A stretch of 52,433 bases of DNA, the filler included, from Squatina squatina (taxonomy: Eukaryota): NCBI GenBank assembly GCA_031763465.1. It is 3 parts of 3 records of this genome, joined end to end, with 100 filler letters (N's around TTAATTAATTAA, not from the genome) between each part and the next. Parts side by side here need not be neighbours in the genome. Positions count along the whole stretch, not along the records: positions 1 to 22,711 come from JARFOE010000149.1; positions 22,812 to 38,964 come from JARFOE010000222.1; 1 more part is not named here. One strand, 5' to 3'. The notes below the pieces were generated by a model. It was not told the origin of the DNA and searched no databases. It saw only the letters and a program-made list of their open reading frames with translations. This document shows, in pieces, positions 11,986 through 25,214 of this stretch. How positions within the stretch are numbered: position 1 is the stretch's first letter; every line of letters begins with the position of its first letter. The position numbers and the translations under genes were made by a program.

Positions 11986-13139
11986 CCTACGGGCGGCCAA
12001 TTTGATTGCCCTGAGTTTCTGGTGCTAAGAGATGAATTAGTGAGCACAAAGTTCAGGGGTGGCCAATTCGTGGTCAAACTTCTAGCATCAAATCGGCACG
12101 AAACTGGCATTAGGCCATTTTTAGCGCTAAAACGCGGGCGCAAAATTCGGGTTCCGTTAACGCCGGCGCTAAATGGGCACAAAGCCCATAATGCTCGAGG
12201 CACTGGTGTTAATCTAAATGTGGNNNNNNNNNNNNNNNNNNNNNNNNNNNNNNNNNNNNNNNNNNNNNNNNNNNNNNNNNNNNNNNNNNNNNNNNNNNNN
12301 NNNNNNNNNNNNNNNNNNNNNNNTTGTTGAATAAATGTTGAGTAATTTGATTGGCTCACCTTTTTTCTTTGTGGCAGTTTCTCCTAACTGTTCAATCAGA
12401 ATCTATTTGTTTTCAGTCTTAATCTTATTTTACTAGTGAATCTCCCATGGCATTGTTCAGTGAGTCAGAGGTCATGTGTAATGCATAATGTTGTATCAGA
12501 ATTACTGATTTAAGGTGACTAAACAAAATCAGACTGCATTTAAATTAAATGTTATCCTGGGATTCTGTCCATTTTCCTGTGAAATATTTTAAACAGTGGA
12601 AAGTTTTTGGTCACATCTGTGCATTATGAGCATGGAAACTTCGCAGAATGTCACAGCAGACAAACAGTATATCAACGGGATTTAGGAGCATGAATTCAAT
12701 TCAACCTGTGAGGATTTCAGAGTCTACTAGCTTTTTCCTACAGAGTTTTGAACAAAACACGTATTGAATTCTCAAAGCTCCCAACAAGTCTAATGTGCAT
12801 TTTGGCTCTTTAAGAGCCCCTCACTAAGTTCCCAGACTCCCCACTTGTGGGTAATATCTGCATTCTGACTTTCTTTCAAGTATAAAGTGCACAGCTACTG
12901 TCTTTGAAATGTACACTGGAGAAGCTGTGTACATAGGTATGATGAATTAGAAAGTTTATATAAACCAGGATTCTACACATAGGTGTATACAATTCACCTA
13001 AGTTTGCTTACTTGGAAGTTTTTAAAACTCAATGTTTGTCTTTCACTCTAAAAGGAATTGATACCAAAAGATTTACATATTTCATAATTTGACTGAATTT
13101 AGCTTCTGCCATGACTTTTAAAGTACAAGTTACAGATTA

Positions 13140-13625
13140 AAGAAAAAGACTTGCATTTATACAGTACCTTTCACAACCTCAAGATGTCCCAAAGCACTTT
13201 ACAGCCAATGAAGTACTTTTGAAGTGTAGTAATTGTTGCAATGGCAGCCAATTTGCACACAGCATGGTCACACCATCAATGAAATTATGACCAGATAATT
13301 TTTTTTNNNNNNNNNNNNNNNNNNNNNNNNNNNNNNNNNNNNNNNNNNNNNNNNNNNNNNNNNNNNNNNNNNNNNNNNNNNNNNNNNNNNNNNNNNNNNN
13401 NNNNNNCGAACAGAAATGAAGGAGCTTTTTACCTCCCATAGCTCTAAATAAGAAAGGCAGTGTTTGCATTTATATGGAGCCTTTCACAACCTCAGGGCGT
13501 CCCAAAGCACTTTACAGCCAATGAAGTACTTTTTGGAGTGTATTCACTGTTGTAATGCAGGAAACGCGGCAGCCAATTTGCACACAGCAAGCTCCCACAA
13601 ACAGCAATGAAACAAATGACCAGGT
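13140..13625 (-). mobile_element. Two Deu-SINE 3' tails on either side of a gap
   Basis: gacttgcatttat...cccaaagcactttacagccaatgaagtac occurs at about 13148 and again at about 13463. Confidence 0.8.
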
Positions 13626-14130
13626 CCAATTTCCTGACAATTTTGCCCAGTTTATGTCCAGGCTTTAGGCAAAGCTGACTGGAAAATCTCGGTCAAAGGT
13701 TCCAGGTACCAGATCAAAGAGTCTGTGTTAAAGTAAAGAATGACTGAGAATTTAGTGAGACATTGCTAGCTCCGCCTTAGGCAATACATATTTGCACCTG
13801 TCAAAGATCCAATAGCCATTGATCTAAAAGTTGTTGGAGATTAATTACTGGCAAGAGCAACACGAGCCTCCTCCCACACTGCTTCATCTAAACCTTTGAT
13901 TCCTTTCTTCCTCTAGCTCTTTACAGCTGCAACAAATGTATAAATCTTATCTGAATGGCATCTTAAAGTGTCTATTTTCTTTAAAATGTAAATATTACTT
14001 AACACAATCCTAATCACTCTGGGAATTAGCAGAATGAGAGGTGACCTCATTAAAAGGGATAAGATTCCGAGGGGGATCGGCAGGGTAGATACTGGCACGA
14101 TGTTTAACCCCTGGCTGGAGAGGTTAGAAC

Positions 14131-15012
14131 TAGGGGTGTCCAGCCTTTTTTCGTAAGGGGCCACGTTTCAATTTTTGCCCCACATAGAGGGAAGGTGAGC
14201 AAATTTCGGAAAGATAAAGCACTTGATTGGCCGATCACGTTTTGCTACAGCAAGTTCACTCGATAGTTTCTCACCTGTCCCGTGAGGCTGTCAAATTTGC
14301 TGGCGTGTTTCGTAGAATAATGTCGCTTGATATTATATTGCTTGAAAACCCCTATCTTCTCTTAACATATCAGACACAATATGGCCCCATTGTGTCCGAT
14401 GACAAAAAAAATCATCGGTCCAAGCGCCTTTGAAGACTCGATATTCAGCATCAATTTTCCTTTTCTTGCCGATAATCATGGGAGCCGCCATCTTTGCAAA
14501 ATGCTCTGCCCCGCCCTCTTGGCACCTTATCTTATGGGCTTTAGAAACCACGTGTTTCACTTGGATTTTAACTTAGTTTTAGGACTATTAACTTTAATTA
14601 TAAATGATATATAGAACTATAATATAATGGTGACCAGATTTGCAGGACAAAATTAACCTTCTCCGTGAGCTGATGCCAAGGCCGGTGTCGGTTCCGAGTC
14701 AGAAGCTCTGCCGGGGATGGGGAAGTAAAATTCCTCAACATCCGAATGCGATCGCAGCCAGCCGAAAAATCTGCACCTGAGACTCAATCCCTGCTCAGCC
14801 CCACGTGACCCTCCCGCTCCGGCGGTCCGCACCGCGCACGCTCAGGACACAGTCCCTGGGACCTGTCAATCATCCGTCCCTGCGCCTGCAACGCTCTGGG
14901 CCCCTGAGCTACGGGCTGCGGCGCGGGGCTTTCTTTGTTATGAAGTCGGTGTTGGTTCAGAGCCGCAGTCAGCGAGGGGAAGTGAGTTTTCCCCCTGAGC
15001 TGCGATTGGGGA
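14131..15012 (-). mobile_element. Internally deleted hAT (Charlie/Buster/SPIN-like) transposon with decayed transposase N-terminus
   Basis: TIR-like TAGGGGTGTCCAGCCTTTTT at 14131. The minus strand encodes KKRKIDAEYRVFKGAWTDDF, then after a frameshift VIGHNGAILCLIC*EKIGVFKQYNIKRHYSTKH (BED-type CxxC...HxxxxH). The other end probably lies in the gap. Confidence 0.8.
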
Positions 15013-15204
15013 NNNNNNNNNNNNNNNNNNNNNNNNNNNNNNNNNNNNNNNNNNNNNNNNNNNNNNNNNNNNNNNNNNNNNNNNNNNNNNNNNNNNNNNN
15101 NNNNNNNNNNNNAAAGATGGGCCTAGAAATTTGATTTCACCGGGGGCAGAATGCAGGGGATGGGTGTACATTACACGTACCCATAGGGACCATAAAGAAA
15201 GACT

Positions 15205-15525
15205 GAGACTTATACAGCACCATTCACAACAACCAGCTGTCTCTAAACACTTTACAGCCAATGAAGTACAGTCATTGTTGTAATTTAGGAAACACCGCAG
15301 CCAATTTGCACACAGCAAGCTCCCACAAACAGCAACATGATATTGACTAGATAATCTGATTTTGTTATGTTGATTAAGTAATATATATTGGCCAGGACAC
15401 CTCCCCTGTTCTTCAAAATAGTGTTATGGGATCCTTTACACCCATTGGAGAGAGCAGCCAGGGCCTCAGTTTAACATCTCATCTGAAAGACCTCCAACAA
15501 TGTAGCACTCCCTTAGTACTGCACT
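15205..15525 (-). mobile_element. Deu-domain SINE fragment
   Basis: Reverse complement of the tail and core (ccaatttgcacacagcaagctcccacaaac...atattggccaggacacc). Confidence 0.8.
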
Positions 15526-16559
15526 GACTAATGTGCGAGTATCTATAAACTGAGCCAAGCTGACAGTTATTGCTCAAAACTTGCAAGCAAGACTTCAAAG
15601 CAGGAGTTTACAAATTTTCGCACTGTTGCAGTGTTGCTTACAGTGCAGGGTTGGCATGGGTTTGCTATTGGGCAGCTGTCTAAGGTAAATATGTCAGTAT
15701 CCAATTTCACAAAGTGTATTTTGTTGAAGACTTTAAGACTGCTGATGCATGTTGTGTTCTGTTTAAGAAATTGCTGTTTTCATTATTATTTGTTTAGATA
15801 ACCTTTTATCCAAAGTTCTGAGGTTAAATTCAGGTATATCCTGTCGAAGCCGACTGCAGCAGAAGTAATTTGACAATGCTCGGATTCGTGTTATAATTGC
15901 CAGTGATTCTCCATGGGACCGTACTACTCCCGATATATCAGGTAGAAAATATAGGGGTGTTGTGAGGGGAAAGTTACGTGAAGTATCATGGAATCTCTCC
16001 CTACAAGATGAATTTAGGAGATTATATGGTGGGGACAAGGTTAGGAGGATGTAATACCCACGGGGACACCGTGATGTGTCCCTGTGCTATTGAGGAACAT
16101 TCTCAGTTGATGTGCTGGTTCAACAATTCCGGAATATAGGTNNNNNNNNNNNNNNNNNNNNNNNNNNNNNNNNNNNNNNNNNNNNNNNNNNNNNNNNNNN
16201 NNNNNNNNNNNNNNNNNNNNNNNNNNNNNNNNNNNNNNNNNATAATTGTCAGGGGCTATAATGATATTGTTTAATCACTAGGAACAGTACTGCTCAGTTC
16301 CGAGCTTGTCTGGCTGTCTTTGGCTGTTGAATAAAGATGTTGAGAATGGCAATCTGAGTAAGTGTGGATAAAGAGAATTTCATAATTAGTCTGGACTATT
16401 ACATGCTTTTTAGAATAAGTGAAACTGCGAACGATCTTGGCAAGGCCACATCTATGCTTTCTACAAGTTTTCTGGTTCTGATTGCTATNNNNNNNNNNGC
16501 TATCCAGTACCACTCCACATACTTCCTTCTCCAACTGATTATTTTGGGTCAAATAGATA

Positions 16560-16800
16560 AGGAAAGAAAGACTTGCATTTATATAGCACCTTTCACAACC
16601 ATCGGATGTCCCAAAGCTCTTTATAGCGAATTAAGTCTTTTTGAATTGTAGTCACTGTTGTAATTTAGGAAACGCAGCAACCAATTTGCACACAGCAAGC
16701 TCCCACAAACTGTAATGTGATAATGACCAGATGATCTGTTTTAGTGATGTTGATTGAGGGATAAATATTGGCCAGGACACCGGGGAGAACTCACCTGCTC
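16560..16800 (-). mobile_element. Deu-domain SINE 3' half
   Basis: gaaagaaagacttgcatttatatagcacc...gggataaatattggccaggacaccgggg. Confidence 0.82.
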
Positions 16801-16865
16801 TAAATAGCACAACTACCTCAGTTGGCATCTTACCATTGGGTCAGAAAATACATTGGAAAATATTA

Positions 16866-17050
16866 GGGGTCATTTTAAATGAAGATGCCCAGTGGGAAAC
16901 TGATAGGATCGGATCAGGTGCCTATTGTTCACTGCGCCCAATCTTACTTTCCATTCACTTTAGTGGAAAGTAGAATTGAACCAAGTGTAAAACGGATGCC
17001 CAATCTGATTCAGTCAGTATTGCGTGTCCGGGCTAGGTTAAAATGACTCT
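16866..17050. mobile_element. Short MITE
   Basis: TIRs GGGGTCATTTTAA and TTAAAATGACTCT. A similar decayed element lies at about 32718-32875. Confidence 0.5.
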
Positions 17051-17794
17051 CATAGTATTTTCACGAGTGATGAGCCCTGAGTTAGAAGTTTAAACCTCAA
17101 TCAGTTGAAGAGCTATAAAAAACAAACTCTGGTCCATTCGGTTTAATTCTAATTAAGAGATGTCAGTGGCTTTGGAGAAATTATGGCTTAGTATCGGCAC
17201 AGAAAATTGCGTCACAAATTTTGGATATCTAATTTTATAACAGAAGAATGGATGTGCTTGCATTTCTCCCCCCATATGTCCTACTTTTTGTAACAAGGCT
17301 CTCACATAGGACCTTAACAAACTCTTACTGAAACACCACATACAACATCCACCACATCCCCTTTATCTCTGTGATGTCTTTGATAACTTCTATTTTACCT
17401 AGCAAAGCATGATCTGCCCTTTATAAACCCACGATAACTCCCTTGATTAAACAATGCCATTCTAAGTGTTTACTAATTTCACCCTAAACTACAGATGTAG
17501 AAAAGTACCCACAACTGAGATGAGGCTACTGGCCTACAATTTCATGACTATTCCTTTCCCCTTTTTGAACACAGATGTAATATTTGCCACTTTCCTGTTC
17601 TTTAGCATGATTCCCATTTTCAAAGATTTTTTTGAAATTTATAGTTGTTGGCTCCAATGTCTGCTCTCTAACCTCCTTCAGTATTCTGAGATGCATGGCA
17701 TCACCTGGTGACTTTTCTACTTGAGTGGCATTAATACAGTTTCCTTTTGAACATTTATATCCAGTAGTGGCTCTTCCATATCATCCTCAAGTCA

Positions 17795-18352
17795 CTTTAA
17801 TTCTCCATTCCATTCCCACTCTGATCTCTCCATCCTTGACCTCTTATATTGTTCCAATGAAGCTCAACGTAAGCTCAAGAAACAGCACCTCATCTTTTGT
17901 TTAGGCACTTTACAGCCTTCTGGACTCAATGTCGAGTTCAACAACTTCAGACCATAACCCCTGCCCCTATTTTTTTCTCTTTTTGTCTATTTTTTTCTCT
18001 CTTTCCCATGGCAGCTGTTGATGATTCTGCCATTTCCATTTACACCCTAGCTAGACTCATCTTTTATTTGTTAACTTGCCCCATTACCATCTTCTTTTGC
18101 CTTGCACCATCATCACTTTTGCCTCTTAATCCCTTCTGCCTTCCACCCTATCACAGACTCTCCCTTTTGTTCTTTCCTCCCCTTCCCTTTACCTGACCTA
18201 CACTTACATCTCTAACTTCTTCCAATTCTGACGAAGGGTCATCGATCTGAAACATTAACTCTTGTTTCTCTCTCCTCAGATGCTGCTTGACCTGCTGAGT
18301 ATTTCCAACATTTTCTGGTTTTATTTCCAGCATCCGCAGTATTTTGCTTTTG
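17795..18352 (+). mobile_element. Penelope-like element 3' fragment (GIY-YIG C-terminus plus pseudo-LTR)
   Basis: Reads HSHSDLSILDLLYCSNEAQRKLKKQHLIFCLGTLQPSGLNVEFNNFR, followed by a pyrimidine-rich tract and the CTGACGA...GAAA module. Confidence 0.82.
18224..18260 (+). ncRNA. Degenerate minimal type I hammerhead ribozyme motif in the Penelope pLTR
   Basis: CTGACGA (18228-18234), stem II AGGGTC-atc-GATCT, GAAA (18249-18252), CATT, AACT. Confidence 0.6.
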
Positions 18353-18354
18353 TA

Positions 18355-19795
18355 ACAGTTTCTCTCTATCTACTCTGTCTAGACCCCTCATGATTTTGAA
18401 CACCTGTCAAATCTCCTCTCAACCTTCTCTATTCCAAGAACAACCCAGCTTCTCCAGTCTACCCATGTAACTGAAGTTCCTCGTCCCTGGAACCATTCTT
18501 GTAAATCTTTTCTGCACCNNNNNNNNNNNNNNNNNNNNNNNNNNNNNNNNNNNNNNNNNNNNNNNNNNNNNNNNNNNNNNNNNNNNNNNNNNNNNNNNNN
18601 NNNNNNNNNNNNNNNNNNTCCCTTTGCAGCCTCTTTGCATCCTCCTTACAGCTAGCTTTCTCATCTAGCTTTGTATGATCAGCAAACTTGGATACATTAC
18701 ACCCGGTTCCTTCATCTAAGTCACTGATATAGATTGTAAATAGCTGAGGTCCAAGGACTAATCTTTGGAGCACTCCACTGGTTACAACCTGTCAACCTGA
18801 AAATGACCCATTTATCCCGACTCTCTGTTTTCTGTCCATTAACCAATCTTCAAGTCATACTAATATATTACCCGGAATCCCATGAGCCCAAATCTTGTGT
18901 AACAACCTCTTGTATGGCACCTTATCGAATGCCTTTTAAAAATCCAAATATACTACTTCCACACGTTCCCCCTTATCTACCCTGTCAGTTACACCTTCAA
19001 AAAACTCAATCATGTCAAACATGATTTCCCTTTCATAAAATTATGTTGACTCTGTCTAATCATAGCATGATTTTCAAAGTAACCTGTTACCACGTCCCCA
19101 ATAATAGATTCGAGCATTTCCCCTACTACTCATGTCAGGCTAACTGGCCGATAGTTCTCAGTTTTCTCTCTCCCTCCTTTCTTAAATAGCAGGGTTACAC
19201 TTACGACCTTCCAATCCACGGAGACAGTTCCAGAATCTAGAAATCTGGAAGAAAAAAAAAACAATGCATCCACTATCTCTGCAACAACCTTTTTTAAAAC
19301 CCTTGCATAGAACCATAGAAAAGATACAGCACAGAAGGGGGCCATTGTGTCCTTGCCGGCTTGAACAACTCGGTACCCATTCTAATCCTACCTTCCAGCA
19401 CCTGGTCCGTAGCCCTGCAGCTTACAGCACTGTAGGTGCAGGTCCAGATACCTTTTAAAAGAGTTGAGGATCTCTGTCTCCACCACCAATTTGGGCAGTG
19501 AATTCCAGACACCCATCACCCTCTGGGTAAAAAAGATTTTCCTCACGTCCTCTCTAATCCTTCTACCAATCAACTTAAATCTACGTCCTCTGGTTCTTGA
19601 ACTCTCCGCCAAGGGAAACAGGTTCTTCCTATCTACACCTCAATCAAGTCACCCATTAGCCTCCTCTGTTCCAAGGAAAACAACCCCAGCCTATCCAAGC
19701 TCCCCTCGGAACTGCAATTCTCAAATCCTGGCAACATTCTTGTAAATCTTCTCGGTACTCTCTCCAGAGCAATTACATCCTTCCTGTAATGTGGT
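18355..19795 (-). mobile_element. Cluster of CR1 ORF2 fragments, with a younger CR1 3' end (19307-19795) abutting an older copy
   Basis: VLGPQLFTIYISDLDEG...SKFADHTKL, FKKGGREKTENYRPVSLT, and a catagaaccatagaa tail at 19307. Confidence 0.88.
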
Positions 19796-20129
19796 NNNNN
19801 NNNNNNNNNNNNNNNNNNNNNNNNNNNNNNNNNNNNNNNNNNNNNNNNNNNNNNNNNNNNNNNNNNNNNNNNNNNNNNNNNNNNNNNNNNNNNNNTTGTG
19901 GGATCTTGCTGTGTGCATATTGGCTGCTGCGTTTCCTACATTACAACAGTGACTACACTTCAAAAATACCTCATTGGCTACAAAGCACTTGTTACGCCCT
20001 AAGGTTATAAAAGGCGCTATATAAATGCAAGTCTTTTTTTCTATTAGGATGAGGGTAGGTGAGCCGCTTTATAGAACTGAACCAACCAAAGAGGGAAGGG
20101 CGGGGGGAGAGGGGACCTCAAGAAAATCT

Positions 20130-20931
20130 AACAGATTTGTCAAACATGATTTCCCTTTCCTAAATCCGTGCTGACTCTGCCCAATCCTATTATTATTTTC
20201 TTAAGTGCCCTGTTACCACGTCCTTAATAATAGATTCTCGCACTTTCCTTACTACTGATGTCAGGCTAACTGGTCTATAGTTCCCCATTTTCTCTCTCCC
20301 TCCTTTCTTAAATAGTGGGGTTACATTTGCAACCTTGCAATCCACGGGAACCGTTCGAGAATCAATGGAATTTTGGAAGATGACGACCAATGCATCTATT
20401 ATCTCTATAGCCATCTTTTTCAAAACCCTAGGATGTAGACCATCAGGTCCAGGGCTTAAAGGATTGTATATTTGTTGTAAATTATCTATTAATTCTTTAA
20501 GTGCTAGCCATTGCTTGTCTACCATTGTACCTTTTAATGTAGTTTCCCAATCTACCTTAGCCAACGTAGTTTGCTTTGCTTAGATTTAAGACCTCAGTTT
20601 CAAATTTAACTAACTCATTTTCAAACTTAACATAAAATTCTATCACATTGTGATCACTCTTACTGAAGGGTCCCTTTACTACAAGGTTATTAATTATTGC
20701 ATTGCACAATACTAGATCTAGAATAGCCTGTTCCCTAGTTGGCTCCTCAATATACTGATCTAGAAAACTATATTGTATACATTCCACGAATTCGTCCTCT
20801 ACACTATTACTGCAAATTTGGTTTGCCCAGTCTATAGGTAGATTAAAGTCCCCATGATTACTGTATTACTCTTGTTACATGTGCCTCTAATTTCCTGATT
20901 TATACTCTGCCCTACATTACAACTACTGTTC
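20130..20931 (-). mobile_element. CR1 ORF2 fragment (endonuclease end to RT start) with internal deletions
   Basis: EEPTREQAILDLVLCN...SDHNVIEF and SPGPDGLHPRVLK...NYRPVSLTSVVRK. Confidence 0.9.
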
Positions 20932-21666
20932 NNNNNNNNNNNNNNNNNNNNNNNNNNNNNNNNNNNNNNNNNNNNNNNNNNNNNNNNNNNNNNNNNNNNN
21001 NNNNNNNNNNNNNNNNNNNNNNNNNNNNNNNTACCCGATCTGCTCTCATTCTTCAATGTGCTGGCTCCTCAATCCTCTGACTACCATTCTGCTTTCACCA
21101 GTGTCAGTTTATACTTTACCCACCGCAGGTTTCTTCCACTTCACTTGCTTGGGGCCTCGTGGTCTGAATGGATCTTGTGTCAGCCCTGCCCCCTTTGGTG
21201 GATTGAGGGCTTCATACCAGCGAGCGGGTATGGCCTTGAGAGTAGGCCTTTTCGAGCGGCCAGGCCTGGGAAATTCACGGAGAAAGCGGCAGAATTTGCA
21301 ATACAAACCCCAGGTTGAAAATGAGTCACTGGGGCATCCCAGGCTAAATGACTAGGGCCCGCAGGCCACATATAGACTGGGACAATCGTTTAGATCCAGA
21401 TCCAGGAGATCTTTAAGATCTGACAGTGTTGTGTATAATTTTTAACCCAGGTACAAGCCAGTGCCTTTTGGGGAAGAAAATGGCAAATTAAATTTTAAAA
21501 CAAAACTGGTGCCAAATTTTGATCAAATATAACATTGCATCAACAAGGCAGTTTCAATGGAGCAAGACTCTTATTAATGGATAGTATGGAGGCAGAATGA
21601 ACACTTGAATTGGTAAGAATTTTTTTTTTTTTTTAATGAGTTATATCCGTGGCTATTTTCTTGCAG

Positions 21667-21869
21667 AATTTATTCAGTTAGCTAAAAACTTTGAAGAGTG
21701 CAGAAGAAAATGGCAAAAGGCTGAGCTGGAACTGTCCCGAGCCACAGAGTGCCTAACAAAAGCTGAGACCGAGCGGAGCGCCCTCGACGTCAAGTTGAAG
21801 CACGCTCGCAATCAAGTTGACGTAGAACTGAAACGTCGGCAGAAGGCGGAAACAGAGTGTGAGCGACTG
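21667..21869 (+). CDS. RACGAP1: RACGAP1 (MgcRacGAP/CYK4) internal coding exon, N-terminal coiled coil (could be a paralogue)
   Basis: Acceptor ttttcttgcag and donor gtatgt bound a 203-nt exon reading (E)[67 protein letters not shown]. This matches vertebrate RACGAP1 ([27 protein letters not shown]). No other exon of the gene was recognised. Confidence 0.93.
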
Positions 21870-22711
21870 GTATGTCTGGCTGATCTTAAAATTACATTCT
21901 AAACTACTAATTCTAAAAACACACTGGTTTCTTCATTTCTATATATGGCATTTGATGATCAGATCAAGTAACCACCTCGTAATATTAAAGGAACTTTGCA
22001 CATGGCATTAAACTGATGCGGGTTGGACTTTTATCCACCCGCTCTTGCCATGTCGTGACAACTGTGTTTCAGAAGCAGATTGACCTTGTATGGACCAAAG
22101 CCTGCGCCCTTTATTCACTGGGTGTGCGAACATGCCCAGGTTTAAGCAGTTCAGCCCCAATTGTGATAAGCCACTGGCAGGACAATACATGAAGTGCCCA
22201 CCACAGTCTCCAGTCACCCCTGAAGTTGCAAATAATTTGTCACCAGATCAATATGTGCAGGCTAAAACTACTTACCCAAATTTATTTACAGGTGAAGTGA
22301 TACACCAAAGCAAAAATGCAGCAGTGTACCAATGCTAATAGCGCAATATGAAAGGAGAGTAGAACTAGAATGAGTCCACATGGGGTTAATGTGTCCTGTT
22401 GCAGCAAGCCACATTTAACAGCCCGTTGGCATCTGACTGGTTCTTTTGGGTACGCAGTCAGGTCTTCTCTTTTGTAAACCTTTGAGGTGACATGCTTGCA
22501 AATAGATAATGCAAGTTCCAATTCACTCACTGTCTATGGGTGTTATACCATGGGATTTCTTTTAAAGTGAACGAGCAAATGGCGATGTTAAATATTTATA
22601 CCTGACTGAGCTGTTACGTCGTTAGAATTTGTGGTTTTCTTGCATATTTTCCCCTAGATCAGTTTCACACTTTTTTTTATAATTTGTCCACTTGGCTACG
22701 TTGGTAGCACT

Positions 22712-22811
22712 NNNNNNNNNNNNNNNNNNNNNNNNNNNNNNNNNNNNNNNNNNNNTTAATTAATTAANNNNNNNNNNNNNNNNNNNNNNNNNNNNNNNNN
22801 NNNNNNNNNNN
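22712..22811. other. Artificial scaffold-concatenation spacer
   Basis: 44 N + TTAATTAATTAA (22756-22767, stop codons in all six frames) + 44 N, exactly 100 nt. Confidence 0.95.
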
Positions 22812-23511
22812 CTTCTTACATTGCATCCAAGACCTGGGCACCACGGTCCTGCTGCTCACCTCTTCCACTACCCCCAATCATGCCTTCTTAGTGAGAGCAG
22901 CAGATTTCTTCTCCCCATTGCTGAGAAAAATTATGTTTCTTCTGCTCCTGACTGCATTAAATCTGGGTGCTGCCCTTGCTCTATGACCACCATCCATCCC
23001 TGAACACCTCCTATTTCCATTTGTACGTTGCCCCCTTAAGTACAGCTCAGATTGTGTCATGTGGGTGTGCACCATACCTGCTCGCAGCTTGGAGACACAA
23101 AACCTAAAAGTCAAAATTAATTGGTACAGTTGAGTTGAGATCGCAGATACAGAGTCCCTTACTCGTGGTGTACAGGAGTGCAGCCCAACCAAGAGATATA
23201 GATAACACACACATATTCCTATTGCACATCACAAAACCTGAACCACCATTTTGATGCTAAAATGTGGGATGCCATCATGTTAGGGTTTTGTTTCCTGTTG
23301 CCTTCATATGTTAGCAGCCAGCGCATAGAGACATTTTTCATTAGTCGGTACGCATTCTGTTTTAGCTCCTACTATGGAATTATCTTTTGATGCCAAAATT
23401 TGTCAAAGTAAGTAGAAGTAATATGACAAAGAATTTTCTAGAAATTGGTGTTTAGTTGTGTGTGCTATATATGTCATACTGTTAATACACCTTGGTGTTT
23501 ATTGCATATAA

Positions 23512-23847
<336 letters not shown>

Positions 23848-24717
23848 TGAGTAAACACAACTTTTAGTGTTTAACTTTCAGCAACCAGACCACAGCTTTC
23901 TGATATGAATACTGTCTTAAAAATCCTTAAAGGCCTGTGAAAATGAAATGTTACTTTCCCTAGCTGTCCAGGAATGCTTCCCTTTCTTCTCTTTATCGGA
24001 CTTCCTTCAAGTACCTAGTTTTTAAAAATGTGCAATTATAAATCAGATTTCCCAAACCTAAATCTAGGTGGAAATGACCTCCGAATAATCCATTGACTAG
24101 GCGATACCAATGACTGGAGGCTCAGGTCAAAATTGGATGACATCCAATAGGCCCCCGTTAGACCTCCTCTGCTCAACTTGAATGCAGATCAGCAGCAAAA
24201 TTGGATTAAACTCACTAAATGATATAGAAATTAGAAATCTTGCCACCTTGCCACAGCACTGGGCTGCTGGGATTACAGAGTTTAGTTGGCTCAATCCTGG
24301 CTTACGATGCATATTAGCAATTCTTTTGTACTGGCCCAAAATGTTTTAGCTACTCTGTAATAAATAGATGAAGGATCTGATTTTTTTTTTTAAATTGGTG
24401 CAACCTTTTAAAGAAAAACAGTTTAGAATGCAGCTGAATATTTATTAAACAGATAATCACAGGGGTTGGGGAGAAGAGGTGAACAGTGGTAAAATCATTT
24501 TGGATCAATCACTATTCACAAAAGAGCTAAATTCCCAGAATATAGCATTGCACATCAGGGTAGCAGATTTTATGTTAAAACCTAATAATTTTTGATAAAC
24601 AAATTATCACAGGACCATCAGGAAAAGGGTTTATCTCTAAATAGGTTGGAGTTATACTGTTGCCTGCGCACAACAGTACAGATGTCAGTCTTTGCTCAAA
24701 TTATAAAATTCTCATGT

Positions 24718-25090
24718 CTGGAGTCAGAAGGTCTCCAGAGACTTGAGGATATGCTCTCAGCTAACACTTGGTGCAGTACTAATGGGAGTGATGCACTGTA
24801 GGAGGTGCCACCTTTCACATGAGAAGTTATACATGTCTGCCTTCTTATGTAGATGCAAAAGATCCCACGACACTATTTGATGAAGAGCAGGGAATTTCTC
24901 CCATTGCCAAGGCCGACACTTATCCGTCAACTAACATCACGGCAAATGGATTATCTGGTCATTTATTTTATTGCTGTTTCTGGAACATTACACTGCAACA
25001 GTGGTCACACTTCAAAAGAACTTCATTAACTGAGGTGTTTTGGGACATCCTGAGGAGGTGAAGGGTGCTCTCACTGCAAGTTCTTTCTGT
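24718..25090 (+). mobile_element. Old Deu-domain SINE copy
   Basis: gagtcagaagg...gatgcaaaagatcccacgacactatttgatgaagagcaggg...ttgggacatcctgagg. Confidence 0.75.
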
Positions 25091-25214
25091 CTTGCTAAAA
25101 TGCAACACAAATAACACTTTGCATTAAACACCTACATTTATTTATTATGGCTTCAACCATTGACAGTAGACATCCTACTTGATCTGAATTGGGTAAAAAC
25201 ACGTGTGTATAGGA

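Noticed and set aside
15640-15945. Candidate small exons with plausible splice sites
   Set aside because: No recognisable protein similarity and no consistent open frame; not the missing first RACGAP1 coding exon.
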